A stretch of 64,000 nucleotides of DNA from an uncultured Gammaproteobacteria bacterium (GCA_964453605.1 CAYVOI010000001.1:21182-85181), one strand, 5' to 3'; shown: positions 37,670 to 46,293, counted from the stretch's first letter. Notes: generated from the sequence alone by a model not told the origin. Program-made: numbers and translations.

Positions 37670-38908
37670 TTATTGCAATAGTGACAGCAATGCTCTGAGC
37701 GCGGCTTGCTCGCTCGTTACATTCGGACTTACTGCCCGAAGTTCTCGCAAGACCGTATCAATCTTGCCGTCAATGGTTGTCCACATTGCCGGGTCTTTCG
37801 GCTTCAGCCGCGCCTGCGCGTTGTCCCATTCGTATTCCAAATCGCCAATACGTGTTGTAGCGGCAGCTTGGTTGCCGGCATGCAAGAGGTCAAGCGTATC
37901 TTGGGTAATAGTTCGGAACGCGGACAAGTCACCCAGGGGAGAGTTTTGTGACGACTTTGCCATGCCGTTTGGGTTGTTGGTTTGGCTAGTTGCGGCAGGG
38001 GCTTGCAGTGCTGACTGGCGAACATGGTAGCCAACCAGCCCGGCGATAGCAAGTACTGCCACCACCACGGCTGTTTGCCACAGACCATCTCGGCTCGCAT
38101 CTTCAGCGATTTCTGCCTTGATCTCCGCCTTGGGTTCCTTTTCAATAACGTCGCGCTTGGTTACGGAAAGGTATGCCACTATCGCCAGAATGCCGCCGAC
38201 GAAGATGAAGCTGGTGATAGTTGCGCCGAGCCCCAGGCCGCCGTACTTGTGGGGCTGTGAAAGGTAGTCGCCAATCGAAGCCCCGAGTGGTCTGGTTAAT
38301 ATATAAATCATCCAGAATGACAGAACTGGATTAAGCTTCAACCGCCAGCCAATGGTGAACACCGCAATAAGCCCGGCGATAATAAAGCCAGTTGTGGCGT
38401 AGCCGAGCGCCAGGCCCTCCGCCATGAGGTCGCCGGCAGCTGTGCCGAGTGCGAAAGTAAAGAGAATTGCAAGCCAGTAAAATGCTTCCCGCCGTGATGT
38501 AAAAATCGAGTGGATGGAAAGTGTTTTTTCAAAGTAGTACCAAATGAGGAACGTAGCGGCCAAAAGAATACTGAAAATAATCGTGCTCGTTTCCAGCGGC
38601 ACGCCGATTCTATCGGTCAGGTTGTCGGTTACCAGTGTGCCGAATACGCTAATGAGCATCACCGAAATCCAGTAGGTAGTGGGAATGTACTTTTTGGCTC
38701 GGAATTGGAAAAAGAGGGCCACGGCCAGCAATACTCCGGTTACTATGGACGTCCCCGTTAGCCCGAAGTTCAGGTTGACGTTCAGGAAGTCGGCGGCTGT
38801 TTCCCCGACGGTCGTGCACATAATTTTAATAAACCAAAACCAGAGTGTAATTTCTGGCACTTTGTTGAGCATGTGCCCGCCCAATGAGGCTGAATTTTCT
38901 TTTGTCAT
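37670..38908 (-). CDS. Hypothetical membrane protein with four internal ~50-aa repeats (each W..T.G...D.L...) and a ~150-aa C-terminal soluble domain
   Basis: Repeats contain GETAADFL / TDNLTD / GTAAGDLM / GASIGDYL. No family recognised. Confidence 0.55.
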   Translation of the reverse strand: MTKENSASLGGHMLNKVPEITLWFWFIKIMCTTVGETAADFLNVNLNFGLTGTSIVTGVLLAVALFFQFRAKKYIPTTYWISVMLISVFGTLVTDNLTDRIGVPLETSTIIFSILLAATFLIWYYFEKTLSIHSIFTSRREAFYWLAILFTFALGTAAGDLMAEGLALGYATTGFIIAGLIAVFTIGWRLKLNPVLSFWMIYILTRPLGASIGDYLSQPHKYGGLGLGATITSFIFVGGILAIVAYLSVTKRDVIEKEPKAEIKAEIAEDASRDGLWQTAVVVAVLAIAGLVGYHVRQSALQAPAATSQTNNPNGMAKSSQNSPLGDLSAFRTITQDTLDLLHAGNQAAATTRIGDLEYEWDNAQARLKPKDPAMWTTIDGKIDTVLRELRAVSPNVTSEQAALRALLSLLQ

Positions 38909-39009
38909 AGTATTTATTGTACCAGCTTCTTATTCCGACGTCATTTCCCAAAAGAAAGACCCAACATCGTGTGATGCTGGGTCAGATATGTATCTGCCAG
39001 AACGGTGGC

Positions 39010-39522
39010 TCATTGAGCCAGCAGCTTAGGGCCTGCACACTCGCCCTGGTCGGTGAGCGTGTAGATGCGATTCTGGTCTCCGTCCCACACGGTTGAGTAG
39101 TCGGACATCCAGTTAGTCACGTCGTGCTCGCTGAAAGCGAGGTAGCCCTGGTCGACCAGCTCTTGCACGCATTCGGGATGAGCCACTCGCGTGGCCTCAG
39201 TGTTGAGCCGGCCGTCCCAGTTGAAGGCTGGGCTGGGGATGACATAGAAAGCGCCGTGGCGCTCGCCCAGGCAGGTCTGCTTGCCCCACGGTCGCGTGTT
39301 GAGGTAGCCGAGCAAGATACGAGCATGGTCGGAGAGTGGCCCGGGTTGGCGAATCCACGTAGTCGTGCAGCCGGGTTGGAGGGTATTGCCCGCCGCCCAT
39401 CCAGCCGGACGCCACGTGCCGTCGGTAGATTCGTAGTTGTCATCTTGGCGGATGGTGCTGCCAGGAGGTAGCCGCACCCCCTCGATAGTTGTCCCACTGC
39501 GGGCATGAACATGAGTCTGCAT
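39010..39522 (-). CDS. Hypothetical protein (170 aa)
   Basis: ORF with coding-like composition. No recognisable motifs. Confidence 0.45.
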   Translation of the reverse strand: MQTHVHARSGTTIEGVRLPPGSTIRQDDNYESTDGTWRPAGWAAGNTLQPGCTTTWIRQPGPLSDHARILLGYLNTRPWGKQTCLGERHGAFYVIPSPAFNWDGRLNTEATRVAHPECVQELVDQGYLAFSEHDVTNWMSDYSTVWDGDQNRIYTLTDQGECAGPKLLAQ

Positions 39523-39738
39523 TTGTAGCTCCTTTCTTTGATTTTGGAATGTGCTGTTGGGTTAATAGCCTAGCATCAAGTTTAGCTAGGTGCCAAAGGA
39601 CAGTATAAACTATTTGAAATGCTAGCTAAGCGGCGGCACAGTCGCCGCGAACATTGCGTATTGCTCCGCGTCAAACTCCACTACATCAGAGTTTATGAAA
39701 CGGGCCGATCCAAGTAATAATTTTCTATTTCCCTAAGC

Positions 39739-40134
39739 CTATTTCGATTTATCCTTCATTGCCTTGAGACTGGCTTTAACAAGCTTCTTTACCAATGCCG
39801 CGGGAAGCTTTTTGTCCGCCGGGAAACTGACAGTAGCTATTGTTGTAGGGTAGCCCGCGAGTTCTTTTTTGTGGTTTTTGATAACCGGGGGCCACACATG
39901 CAAACGCACATACGGCTGTTTGAAGCTAAACCATGCGAACATACCGTTATAGACATAATCTCCTTCGTAAAAATAGCCCGGCATTTGAAAATAGCTCACC
40001 GTCTCTACGGCATCGGGCGCAACTTGGCGAATCGCCACGCGCGCGCTCTGCAATGCGCCCCGAGCCTCTTTCGGACACTTGGCGATGTATTCACCCACAC
40101 CGCCGGGTTTTATTTCAGATTTCTTCTTTGCCAT
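39739..40134 (-). CDS. DUF1801 (YdhG-like) domain protein
   Basis: VETVSYFQMPGYFYEG...FAWFSFKQPYVRLHV pattern characteristic of DUF1801. Confidence 0.5.
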   Translation of the reverse strand: MAKKKSEIKPGGVGEYIAKCPKEARGALQSARVAIRQVAPDAVETVSYFQMPGYFYEGDYVYNGMFAWFSFKQPYVRLHVWPPVIKNHKKELAGYPTTIATVSFPADKKLPAALVKKLVKASLKAMKDKSK

Positions 40135-40284
40135 AATTATTTCTCCAATATTTTTCTCTCTTATCTATTATGCAGGCACTCGGGTTATGCCGATAAAAAA
40201 TTGTCTTGGCGGTGTACGCGGATTAGATACTCCAACACTACAATGCGTTGAGAGCTTTTTCAAGGGTCAATCGGTGACGACATT

Positions 40285-40971
40285 TTAAGCACGTGGGTCA
40301 GACAATAGTGATGACGGGGGGATTGAATCACTTTGATTCGTGAGATTTACTTCAGCTACAATTTTACCCGACTGATTTGGTTGAACATCATCTAACCTTA
40401 AAGAAAATTTATTTTGTCTCTTGTATGTATCCCTACATTGAGGACAAATAGTGACAATGTATCTGAGCACACTTTCTAATTGGTTAAAGTCAATTGTAGT
40501 CCATAGGGTATGTATAAATTTATCAAGGAAATTCATGTCTAATACAGCAGTGATGTGTTTAGCTTTATCTTTGTCTTCAAAGTAGTTATCACCAGAACCC
40601 CAAACTATATGAAGTCCCTGGGGCCTACCATCGGGGTATCTCAAGGGATTTGTATCCCAATCATCTAATTGAGCTATAAACACATCAAATTTATTTAGAG
40701 AGAGGGCCGGGAAAGATTCTTTGAATATAGGCCAAAGTTTTGTTAGATCATGTTTGATCTTCCAGAGATCCTTTACAAATGTTGTGTCATATAAACTTGA
40801 AGTCTTCTTTTTAATAATGCCTGCTTTTAGCGCGAACTCGACGGAGTGGTGTAAATTATGAACAGAAACATAGGTCAAGCTCATAAAGTTTCCAGTTCTT
40901 CCGAGTAAATAATACTCGACTGAATAAGTACACCAGCTATTAAAAATTCCATGATTATAAGTGTATTCCAT
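40285..40971 (-). CDS. Hypothetical protein (228 aa), strongly AT-rich and likely horizontally acquired
   Basis: GC is roughly 33-35% against a ~55% background. Contains RPQGLH (Rx4H, HEPN-like spacing). Adjacent to tRNA-Ser and to a tRNA-derived direct repeat. Confidence 0.5.
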   Translation of the reverse strand: MEYTYNHGIFNSWCTYSVEYYLLGRTGNFMSLTYVSVHNLHHSVEFALKAGIIKKKTSSLYDTTFVKDLWKIKHDLTKLWPIFKESFPALSLNKFDVFIAQLDDWDTNPLRYPDGRPQGLHIVWGSGDNYFEDKDKAKHITAVLDMNFLDKFIHTLWTTIDFNQLESVLRYIVTICPQCRDTYKRQNKFSLRLDDVQPNQSGKIVAEVNLTNQSDSIPPSSLLSDPRA

Positions 40972-41225
40972 GATGCTGTCATTTTAGATCTTATTATTTA
41001 CGGAAAGACTCACCTAAGCAGGTGGGGCTTGTCCGATAAAAAGTTTGCCTGGCGGAGAGGGAGGGATTCGGCTTTACCTCTCGTCCGCCCGTCGGCGGAC
41101 TCGGGCTAGCCACCGCCTCGTGGTGCCACCTGGTGGTGGCACATCACTCCGGCGTTCTCACCCCACCGCACCACAAGCAGTTGTGGTGCTCCTCTCCGAA
41201 TGCTGTCCACGTGGTGGACCCCATT

Positions 41226-41312
41226 CGGAGAGGGAGGGATTCGAACCCTCGATAACCTTTCGGCTATACAGGTTTTCGAGACCTGCGCCTTCAACCACTC
41301 GGCCACCTCTCC
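41226..41312 (-). tRNA. tRNA-Ser(CGA), long variable arm, no encoded CCA
   Basis: GGAGAGGTGGCCGAGTGGTTGAAGGCGCAGGTCTCGAAAACCTGTATAGCCGAAAGGTTATCGAGGGTTCGAATCCCTCCCTCTCCG. Confidence 0.85.
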
Positions 41313-41368
41313 GTGAGCTCTACATCGTTTGTAGAGCGTTCACAGTATACGAACGGGGACTAGCTGTG

Positions 41369-42775
41369 TCAATGTAGGTCTGCTAGGACTGCAGTTAGTC
41401 TGTGGGGCACGAGGTTCAGCTTCCAAAGTGCGCCAAGGTACAACACTGCGCCCACTACTAGTTTGCCTACTAAGGGTAGTGGCAGTAGCAGCCCGAGGGC
41501 TAGCACCAGTGTGGCCAGTCCGATCTTCGGCCAACGAGCAGTAGAGAGTTTGAGTCCACGTCGCCAGAGAATGCTGAGCATAGCTAAGTTCACCGCCACC
41601 TCAAGCGCGACCGTGACCCAAGCCGCGCCCCAGTACGAGTAGCGTGGAATAAAGACCAGGTACCCCACTACCCCCCCGAGCGCCCCCCAGGCAAACACCG
41701 GTATGTTGCTCCGCTGGTACCCGAGCGCAAAAATGGCGTAGCCCGCAGCATTGCCGACGAATGAGGCTAGAATGGCGAGGCTGAGGATAGCTAGTATGTC
41801 ACCTGACACGGTAAAGTTAGCCCCAGCTATGGCGCCAATGAGCGAGTGGCCAACCAGCACCGAGCCCACTACCACAGCTAGCCCGGCAGCAAGCAAAGTG
41901 TCAGCTGCACCGATGTAGAGTGCTCGTATGGCGCCATGGTCCTGTTGCGTTTGGGCTTTTGCCAAGAGCGGGAGCAGCAGCCCACCGATAATGGCAGGCA
42001 GAGCCAAGAGCGCTTCGAGCATGCTGTAGGCTACACCGTAGAGCCCAACCTCGGCTGCTGGCCGCACTAGTGACAGCACCACCGTATCTCCCTTGAAGTA
42101 GATAACGTTTAGGGTAGTGGTCAGCGCCACTGGCCAGGTGGCGCGCCAGAGTTCAGCCCAGACCGCGGAGTCAATCCGCCAACCAAAGGGTACTAGGCGG
42201 CGGGCGGCCACCAAGTTCACCGCGGTAATGGTTAGATTGGCCACGATGAGTACAAGGAGGTACGCAGTGGGATTAGCCTTACCACTCCAGGCTACTGCCA
42301 TAGTGCCGCCTAGGAGGAGTGCGCGGCTGCCAAGTTCAAGCCAGGCTAGTGTAGTGCTCCTGAGCTTAGCCTGGTATATGCTGGTGAGCATTTGCCCAAT
42401 GCACGCGGCCCAAAACGCTACGGTGGTGAGCGTGATGCCGGACACTATAACGCTAGGGTACCCTAAGATCACCGCTACCAGTGGTGCCATAGCAAAGGCA
42501 GCGGTGGCTGTGGTTACGCGAAAGCTTAGGGCGTTACTGAGTAGTACCTCGGGCGGCAGTTTGCCGCTCCCCAGTTCCCGCGACACCGTCATGCTAAACC
42601 CTAAGCCCACGAGCAGTGCCACCAGCTGCAGGAACGCTACCACGGTGGTGTACTGGCCATAGCCAGCGGGACCTAAGGTCCTCGTCATCAGTCCCACTAC
42701 CACAATGCCTACAGCGAGGCTGACGGCACGGCTCATGAGCTGAATGCTGGTTTGGCGAGCAAGAACGTTGAACAT
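41369..42775 (-). CDS. Oligosaccharide/lipid-II flippase-family protein (Wzx/MurJ-like MOP superfamily), about 14 TM
   Basis: Polysaccharide-biosynthesis-protein-like polytopic architecture. Start ATG at 42773-42775 (MFNVLARQ). Confidence 0.6.
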   Translation of the reverse strand: MFNVLARQTSIQLMSRAVSLAVGIVVVGLMTRTLGPAGYGQYTTVVAFLQLVALLVGLGFSMTVSRELGSGKLPPEVLLSNALSFRVTTATAAFAMAPLVAVILGYPSVIVSGITLTTVAFWAACIGQMLTSIYQAKLRSTTLAWLELGSRALLLGGTMAVAWSGKANPTAYLLVLIVANLTITAVNLVAARRLVPFGWRIDSAVWAELWRATWPVALTTTLNVIYFKGDTVVLSLVRPAAEVGLYGVAYSMLEALLALPAIIGGLLLPLLAKAQTQQDHGAIRALYIGAADTLLAAGLAVVVGSVLVGHSLIGAIAGANFTVSGDILAILSLAILASFVGNAAGYAIFALGYQRSNIPVFAWGALGGVVGYLVFIPRYSYWGAAWVTVALEVAVNLAMLSILWRRGLKLSTARWPKIGLATLVLALGLLLPLPLVGKLVVGAVLYLGALWKLNLVPHRLTAVLADLH

Positions 42776-42782
42776 AGTGCGG

Positions 42783-43112
42783 TTAGGTTGTGTTGCTGGT
42801 CGGGTGCCAGAGGTAGCGGGTGAGGTCAACCCCAAAATTACCATCGCGTCCGCTGACCTCAACACCTTCGGCCGTAAGCAGTGCGGCTTGCTCCTCTTTT
42901 GTAGCGCGCCTGTTTTCAATCGAGATCATGCCCTCACGGTTGACTACCCGTTGCCAGGGGACATCTGCGGGACAAACGTTCAGGGCCCAGCCCACCAGCC
43001 GCGCCCCGCGTGGTTTGCCTAACAGTGCTGCCACTTGGCCGTAGGTTGCAACTTTGCCTTGTGGAATGGCACGCACCAGCTGGTAGACTGCTTGGTAAAA
43101 ATCATTCCCCAT
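42783..43112 (-). CDS. Alkyltransferase-like protein (ATL; O6-alkylguanine-DNA alkyltransferase DNA-binding-domain homologue without the catalytic Cys)
   Basis: Helix-turn-helix YGQVAALLG, followed by VPWQRVV where Ogt/Ada proteins have PCHRV. Trp replaces the acceptor Cys, as in ATL proteins. Confidence 0.7.
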   Translation of the reverse strand: MGNDFYQAVYQLVRAIPQGKVATYGQVAALLGKPRGARLVGWALNVCPADVPWQRVVNREGMISIENRRATKEEQAALLTAEGVEVSGRDGNFGVDLTRYLWHPTSNTT

Positions 43113-43167
43113 TAACCGTAAGTATAGCAAACCCCCGCCTTTTGAGGCGGAGGCAGCGTGCGTTCAG

Positions 43168-43238
43168 AGCGGGTAGCGGGAGTCGAACCCGCCTCATCAG
43201 CTTGGAAAGCTGAGGTAATACCGCTATACCATACCCGC
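43168..43238 (-). tRNA. tRNA-Gly(TCC), no encoded CCA
   Basis: GCGGGTATGGTATAGCGGTATTACCTCAGCTTTCCAAGCTGATGAGGCGGGTTCGACTCCCGCTACCCGCT. Confidence 0.8.
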
Positions 43239-43240
43239 TC

Positions 43241-43450
43241 TCAGGGCACGCGCTTGCCAGAGGTGGTGCCGTGCAGAGCGTTTTCTTTTTTCGCCAGGTC
43301 TACTCTCAGCGCTTGCCAGAACCCGCCCTGGCTCGGCGGCGTATTAGTAGAGAGCACTTGGTTGTAGAGCCAGAGCCCGTAGATGGTAGCCATGGCCAGT
43401 ACGGTGGCGAGGAGTACAAGTACGGTGTCACGGCCGCGGTGTTCCAGCAT
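43241..43450 (-). CDS. Possible small membrane protein (69 aa)
   Basis: One TM helix, tightly packed between the secreted-protein gene and tRNA-Gly. Weak support. Confidence 0.3.
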   Translation of the reverse strand: MLEHRGRDTVLVLLATVLAMATIYGLWLYNQVLSTNTPPSQGGFWQALRVDLAKKENALHGTTSGKRVP

Positions 43451-43455
43451 AGGCT

Positions 43456-43851
43456 CTAGCGAACTCCCCTAGGCTTGGCTGGGTTCGTGCGCGTGAGGGC
43501 GATGTTTACCCTGCCCGTCAGGATGTCGATGCGTGCAGCGGTGATGATGTCGCCCTCTCTAACCCCCGTTACCTTGAGGTACTGCTTGAGCCTTAAGCTT
43601 TTGGCGCTCACCTGTTTTTTGCCGAGCCAAATTTGGGTTTGGTCATCTACCAACACAGGGTCATCAACTTGTCGCTTCCCCTCGGGGTGGATGATGGTGA
43701 CAATTTGCCCACTAATACCGGTTACCTTGCCGCGCGGTACAACTACCGTGTAGCTGCTTCCCGCCGTGTCAGTAGGTAGCTGGGCATAGGCTGGGCTCAG
43801 GCCCTGCAGCAGTAGCACGGTGCTTAGGGCAAGTGTACTATAGAGTTTCAT
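43456..43851 (-). CDS. Hypothetical secreted protein (131 aa) with an N-terminal signal peptide
   Basis: MKLYSTLALSTVLLLQGLSPAYA signal, then a beta-rich region. Confidence 0.5.
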   Translation of the reverse strand: MKLYSTLALSTVLLLQGLSPAYAQLPTDTAGSSYTVVVPRGKVTGISGQIVTIIHPEGKRQVDDPVLVDDQTQIWLGKKQVSAKSLRLKQYLKVTGVREGDIITAARIDILTGRVNIALTRTNPAKPRGVR

Positions 43852-43947
43852 ACGAACGTTCGTTAGGAGTGACTATGGTGCCGAGGGCCACCCCGAAGTG
43901 GAGCTAAGCTCACTTCGGGGCAGGGAATCGGACACTACTCTACAGTG

Positions 43948-44019
43948 TGCCTGGGGTCAGAATCGAACTGACGACGCCAGCCTCTTCAGGGCTGCGCTCT
44001 ACCACTGAGCTACCCAGGC
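43948..44019 (-). tRNA. tRNA-Phe(GAA), no encoded CCA
   Basis: GCCTGGGTAGCTCAGTGGTAGAGCGCAGCCCTGAAGAGGCTGGCGTCGTCAGTTCGATTCTGACCCCAGGCA. Confidence 0.85.
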
Positions 44020-44113
44020 ACACTGTAGAGTATGATTGTTGTGAAATGTCTACTACTGCGCTAACGCCGTGCTCCTTGCCCCGTAGGGAACGAGCCTAAG
44101 CGAGTTCTCCTTC

Positions 44114-44137
44114 GGGGTACCACTGAGCTACCTCGGC
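44114..44137 (-). other. Truncated tRNA 5' fragment (acceptor plus D-arm only) upstream of tRNA-Phe
   Basis: Minus strand reads GCCGAGGTAGCTCAGTGGTA, then diverges into an unrelated hairpin. Compare the tRNA-Phe 5' end GCCTGGGTAGCTCAGTGGTAGAGC. Confidence 0.5.
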
Positions 44138-44148
44138 CTGTGGAAGTA

Positions 44149-44490
44149 TTAGCGATAAATAACTGAAATGATAAAGGCAATAACAATGAGCGGGAAGGCG
44201 ATGAGTGTACCACGTTCTGGCAGCTCGCGGAAGAACACGTAGTTGAGTATTGGTTCCGCTACGAGGATCGAGGCCATCGAAGCAATGCTGACAATCCAAA
44301 TTTTTTCAAAGCTCCGGTAGCCTAGGCCATACCCCACGAGCAGTAGTACGCCCGATACCAGGAATACACCGAGTAGGGCAGCGAGGTCGCGTGCCGCAAT
44401 GCCGTGCTTACCTTGGCGCGCCTGCATGAGCTCGGCGCTAATAGCTACTGCTTCGCCCACAAAAATGCTAAATACAGCAATGAGTTTCAT
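44149..44490 (-). CDS. Small polytopic membrane protein (113 aa, 4 TM)
   Basis: Start ATG at 44488-44490 (MKLIAVFS). The track's upstream extension overlaps tRNA-Pro. Confidence 0.5.
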   Translation of the reverse strand: MKLIAVFSIFVGEAVAISAELMQARQGKHGIAARDLAALLGVFLVSGVLLLVGYGLGYRSFEKIWIVSIASMASILVAEPILNYVFFRELPERGTLIAFPLIVIAFIISVIYR

Positions 44491-44592
44491 GGTTCGTATT
44501 GTTAATCGTCGGGGTACTGGGGTTTGTCGCCCCTTCGGGAGATCACCCGTAGGGTGAAACCCAGGACCTGCCCGTAGAATTTTGGTCGGGGA

Positions 44593-44668
44593 TGCGAGAC
44601 TCGAACTCGCGACCTCCTGCTCCCAAAGCAGGCGCGCTACCAACTGCGCTAATCCCCGGTAGGGTTTA
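44593..44668 (-). tRNA. tRNA-Pro(TGG), CCA encoded
   Basis: CGGGGATTAGCGCAGTTGGTAGCGCGCCTGCTTTGGGAGCAGGAGGTCGCGAGTTCGAGTCTCGCATCCCCGACCA. Confidence 0.85.
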
Positions 44669-44917
44669 CGGACCGCGCTAGCCAGCTGCGCGCTATACCC
44701 GGGTGGTGTGCCCCTCGACTACGCTCGGGGCATTCGCCTCGTCCATGGTTTACCATGAGCGAGCGGAGCGAGTCGAATGGTGGGTCGGGTGGGACTCTGT
44801 CCTGGGCAGCGCCGAATGTTGCGCTTGCTCACATTCGGCGGATGCTCCCCCGCCCTTCCCGAAGGACGAGGTCGCTCCTGCCCTTCTCGTCCCCCTACCT
44901 ATCACCTTGGTGGGTCG

Positions 44918-44993
44918 GGTGGGACTCGAACCCACGACCAATTGCTTAAGAGGCAACTGCTCTACCAGCTGAGCTACCGACCCATGAAGTATG
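44918..44993 (-). tRNA. tRNA-Lys(CTT), CCA encoded
   Basis: GGGTCGGTAGCTCAGCTGGTAGAGCAGTTGCCTCTTAAGCAATTGGTCGTGGGTTCGAGTCCCACCCGACCCACCA. Confidence 0.85.
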
Positions 44994-45075
44994 AACTCCG
45001 CTCAACTTCAGGGCAAGCCCTGAAGTTTGTGGCTGTGCCATGAACTCAAGCGAGCGTGTAGTTCATGGTGCCCCC

Positions 45076-45150
45076 GGAGGGATTCGAACCCCCAATAGCT
45101 GGTCCGAAGCCAGCCGTGATATCCATTTCACCACGAGGGCCGAAGCTTAC
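45076..45150 (-). tRNA. tRNA-Arg(TCG), CCA encoded
   Basis: GCCCTCGTGGTGAAATGGATATCACGGCTGGCTTCGGACCAGCTATTGGGGGTTCGAATCCCTCCGGGGGCACCA. Confidence 0.8.
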
Positions 45151-45240
45151 CGTAAGCTTGAGGGCTCACAAATTTAGCCCCCTCACCATAGCATAAACCC
45201 GCTCTCGGTTCAAGCCTACCGTGAGGTATGAGCAAAACCC

Positions 45241-46293
45241 TCAGTTTAAGGTTTCGGCTGACGTAACGTGGGAGAGTGCCGCCTCGCGGGTAATGGCACC
45301 TTCTTGGAGCAAGCGCTTGATGTGTTGGTCGATAGTAATCATGCCCTCTTCAGCGCTCGTTTGAATGACAGATTTTATCTGCGCGTGCTTGTTCTCACGG
45401 ATTAAGTTAGCCACCGCCGGGTTGTTGATGAGCAGCTCGCGGGCAGCCACCCGGCCACTGCCATCGGCCCTGGGCAGCAGTCGCTGTGAGATGACGGCTT
45501 TGAGCGAGAACGACAGCTGCAGCCGGACTTGGGTTTGCTGGTAGGGGGGGAAGACGTCGATAATGCGGTCAATGGTTTCCACGGCGTTGTTGGTGTGGAG
45601 GGTGGCGAGCACCAGGTGCCCAGTCTCCGCCAAGGTGAGCGTGGTGCTGATGGTGTCGAGGTCGCGCATTTCGCCAACCATAACTACGTCCGGGTCTTGC
45701 CGCAAGGTGTGCTTTAAACCCTCGGCAAATGAAGTTATGTCGGTCCCGAGTTGGCGCTGTTTGATGATGCTCTTGCCCCCAGGGAAAATAAATTCAATCG
45801 GGTCTTCCAGGGTAATAATGTTCACTGCCCGCTGCTGGTTGATGAGGTTGATCATGGCGGCAAGCGAGGTGGATTTACCAGCACCGGTGGGGCCGGTGAC
45901 CAGCACCAAGCCGTAGTCGAGCTGCGTCAGGCGGTAGACCACCTGGGGCATGGTGATGTCCTCTAGAGAGGGAATGGTGGTAGGAATAACGCGCGCTACC
46001 AGACCAATATTGTCTTTTTCGAAGTGCAGGTTAATACGGAACCGCGTACCGTCTTTTATTTGGTACGAGAGGTCAAGGTCCCGGCGCTCTAAGAACTGGG
46101 CGCGTTGCCCAGGCGCTAGAATCCCCAGCGCCAGGTCCTGGAGTTTTTTAGGAGTGAGCTCGGGGTAGCCCAAGGCCCTGAGGTCGCCGTGGAGCCGTAT
46201 GGTCGGAGGTTTGCCAACGGCCAGGTGTAAATCAGAGGCGCCTTGCTGGCTAGCTTCGTTGAACAGTACTTCGAGTGATGCTAATTCAGGCAT
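45241..46293 (-). CDS. pilT: Type IV pilus retraction ATPase PilT (twitching motility protein)
   Basis: Walker A GPTGAGKST, and the PilT-type N-terminal and His-box regions. Confidence 0.85.
   Translation of the reverse strand: MPELASLEVLFNEASQQGASDLHLAVGKPPTIRLHGDLRALGYPELTPKKLQDLALGILAPGQRAQFLERRDLDLSYQIKDGTRFRINLHFEKDNIGLVARVIPTTIPSLEDITMPQVVYRLTQLDYGLVLVTGPTGAGKSTSLAAMINLINQQRAVNIITLEDPIEFIFPGGKSIIKQRQLGTDITSFAEGLKHTLRQDPDVVMVGEMRDLDTISTTLTLAETGHLVLATLHTNNAVETIDRIIDVFPPYQQTQVRLQLSFSLKAVISQRLLPRADGSGRVAARELLINNPAVANLIRENKHAQIKSVIQTSAEEGMITIDQHIKRLLQEGAITREAALSHVTSAETLN

Noticed and set aside
41045-41377. Plus-strand 110-aa ORF and minus-strand 66-aa ORF at 41106..41306
   Set aside because: They overlap tRNA-Ser(CGA) and the tRNA-derived hairpin insert, and are Arg/Pro-rich GC-frame artefacts.
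44149-44643. Full 164-aa version of the minus-strand ORF
   Set aside because: The N-terminal 51 codons run through tRNA-Pro. Trimmed to the internal ATG at 44490.
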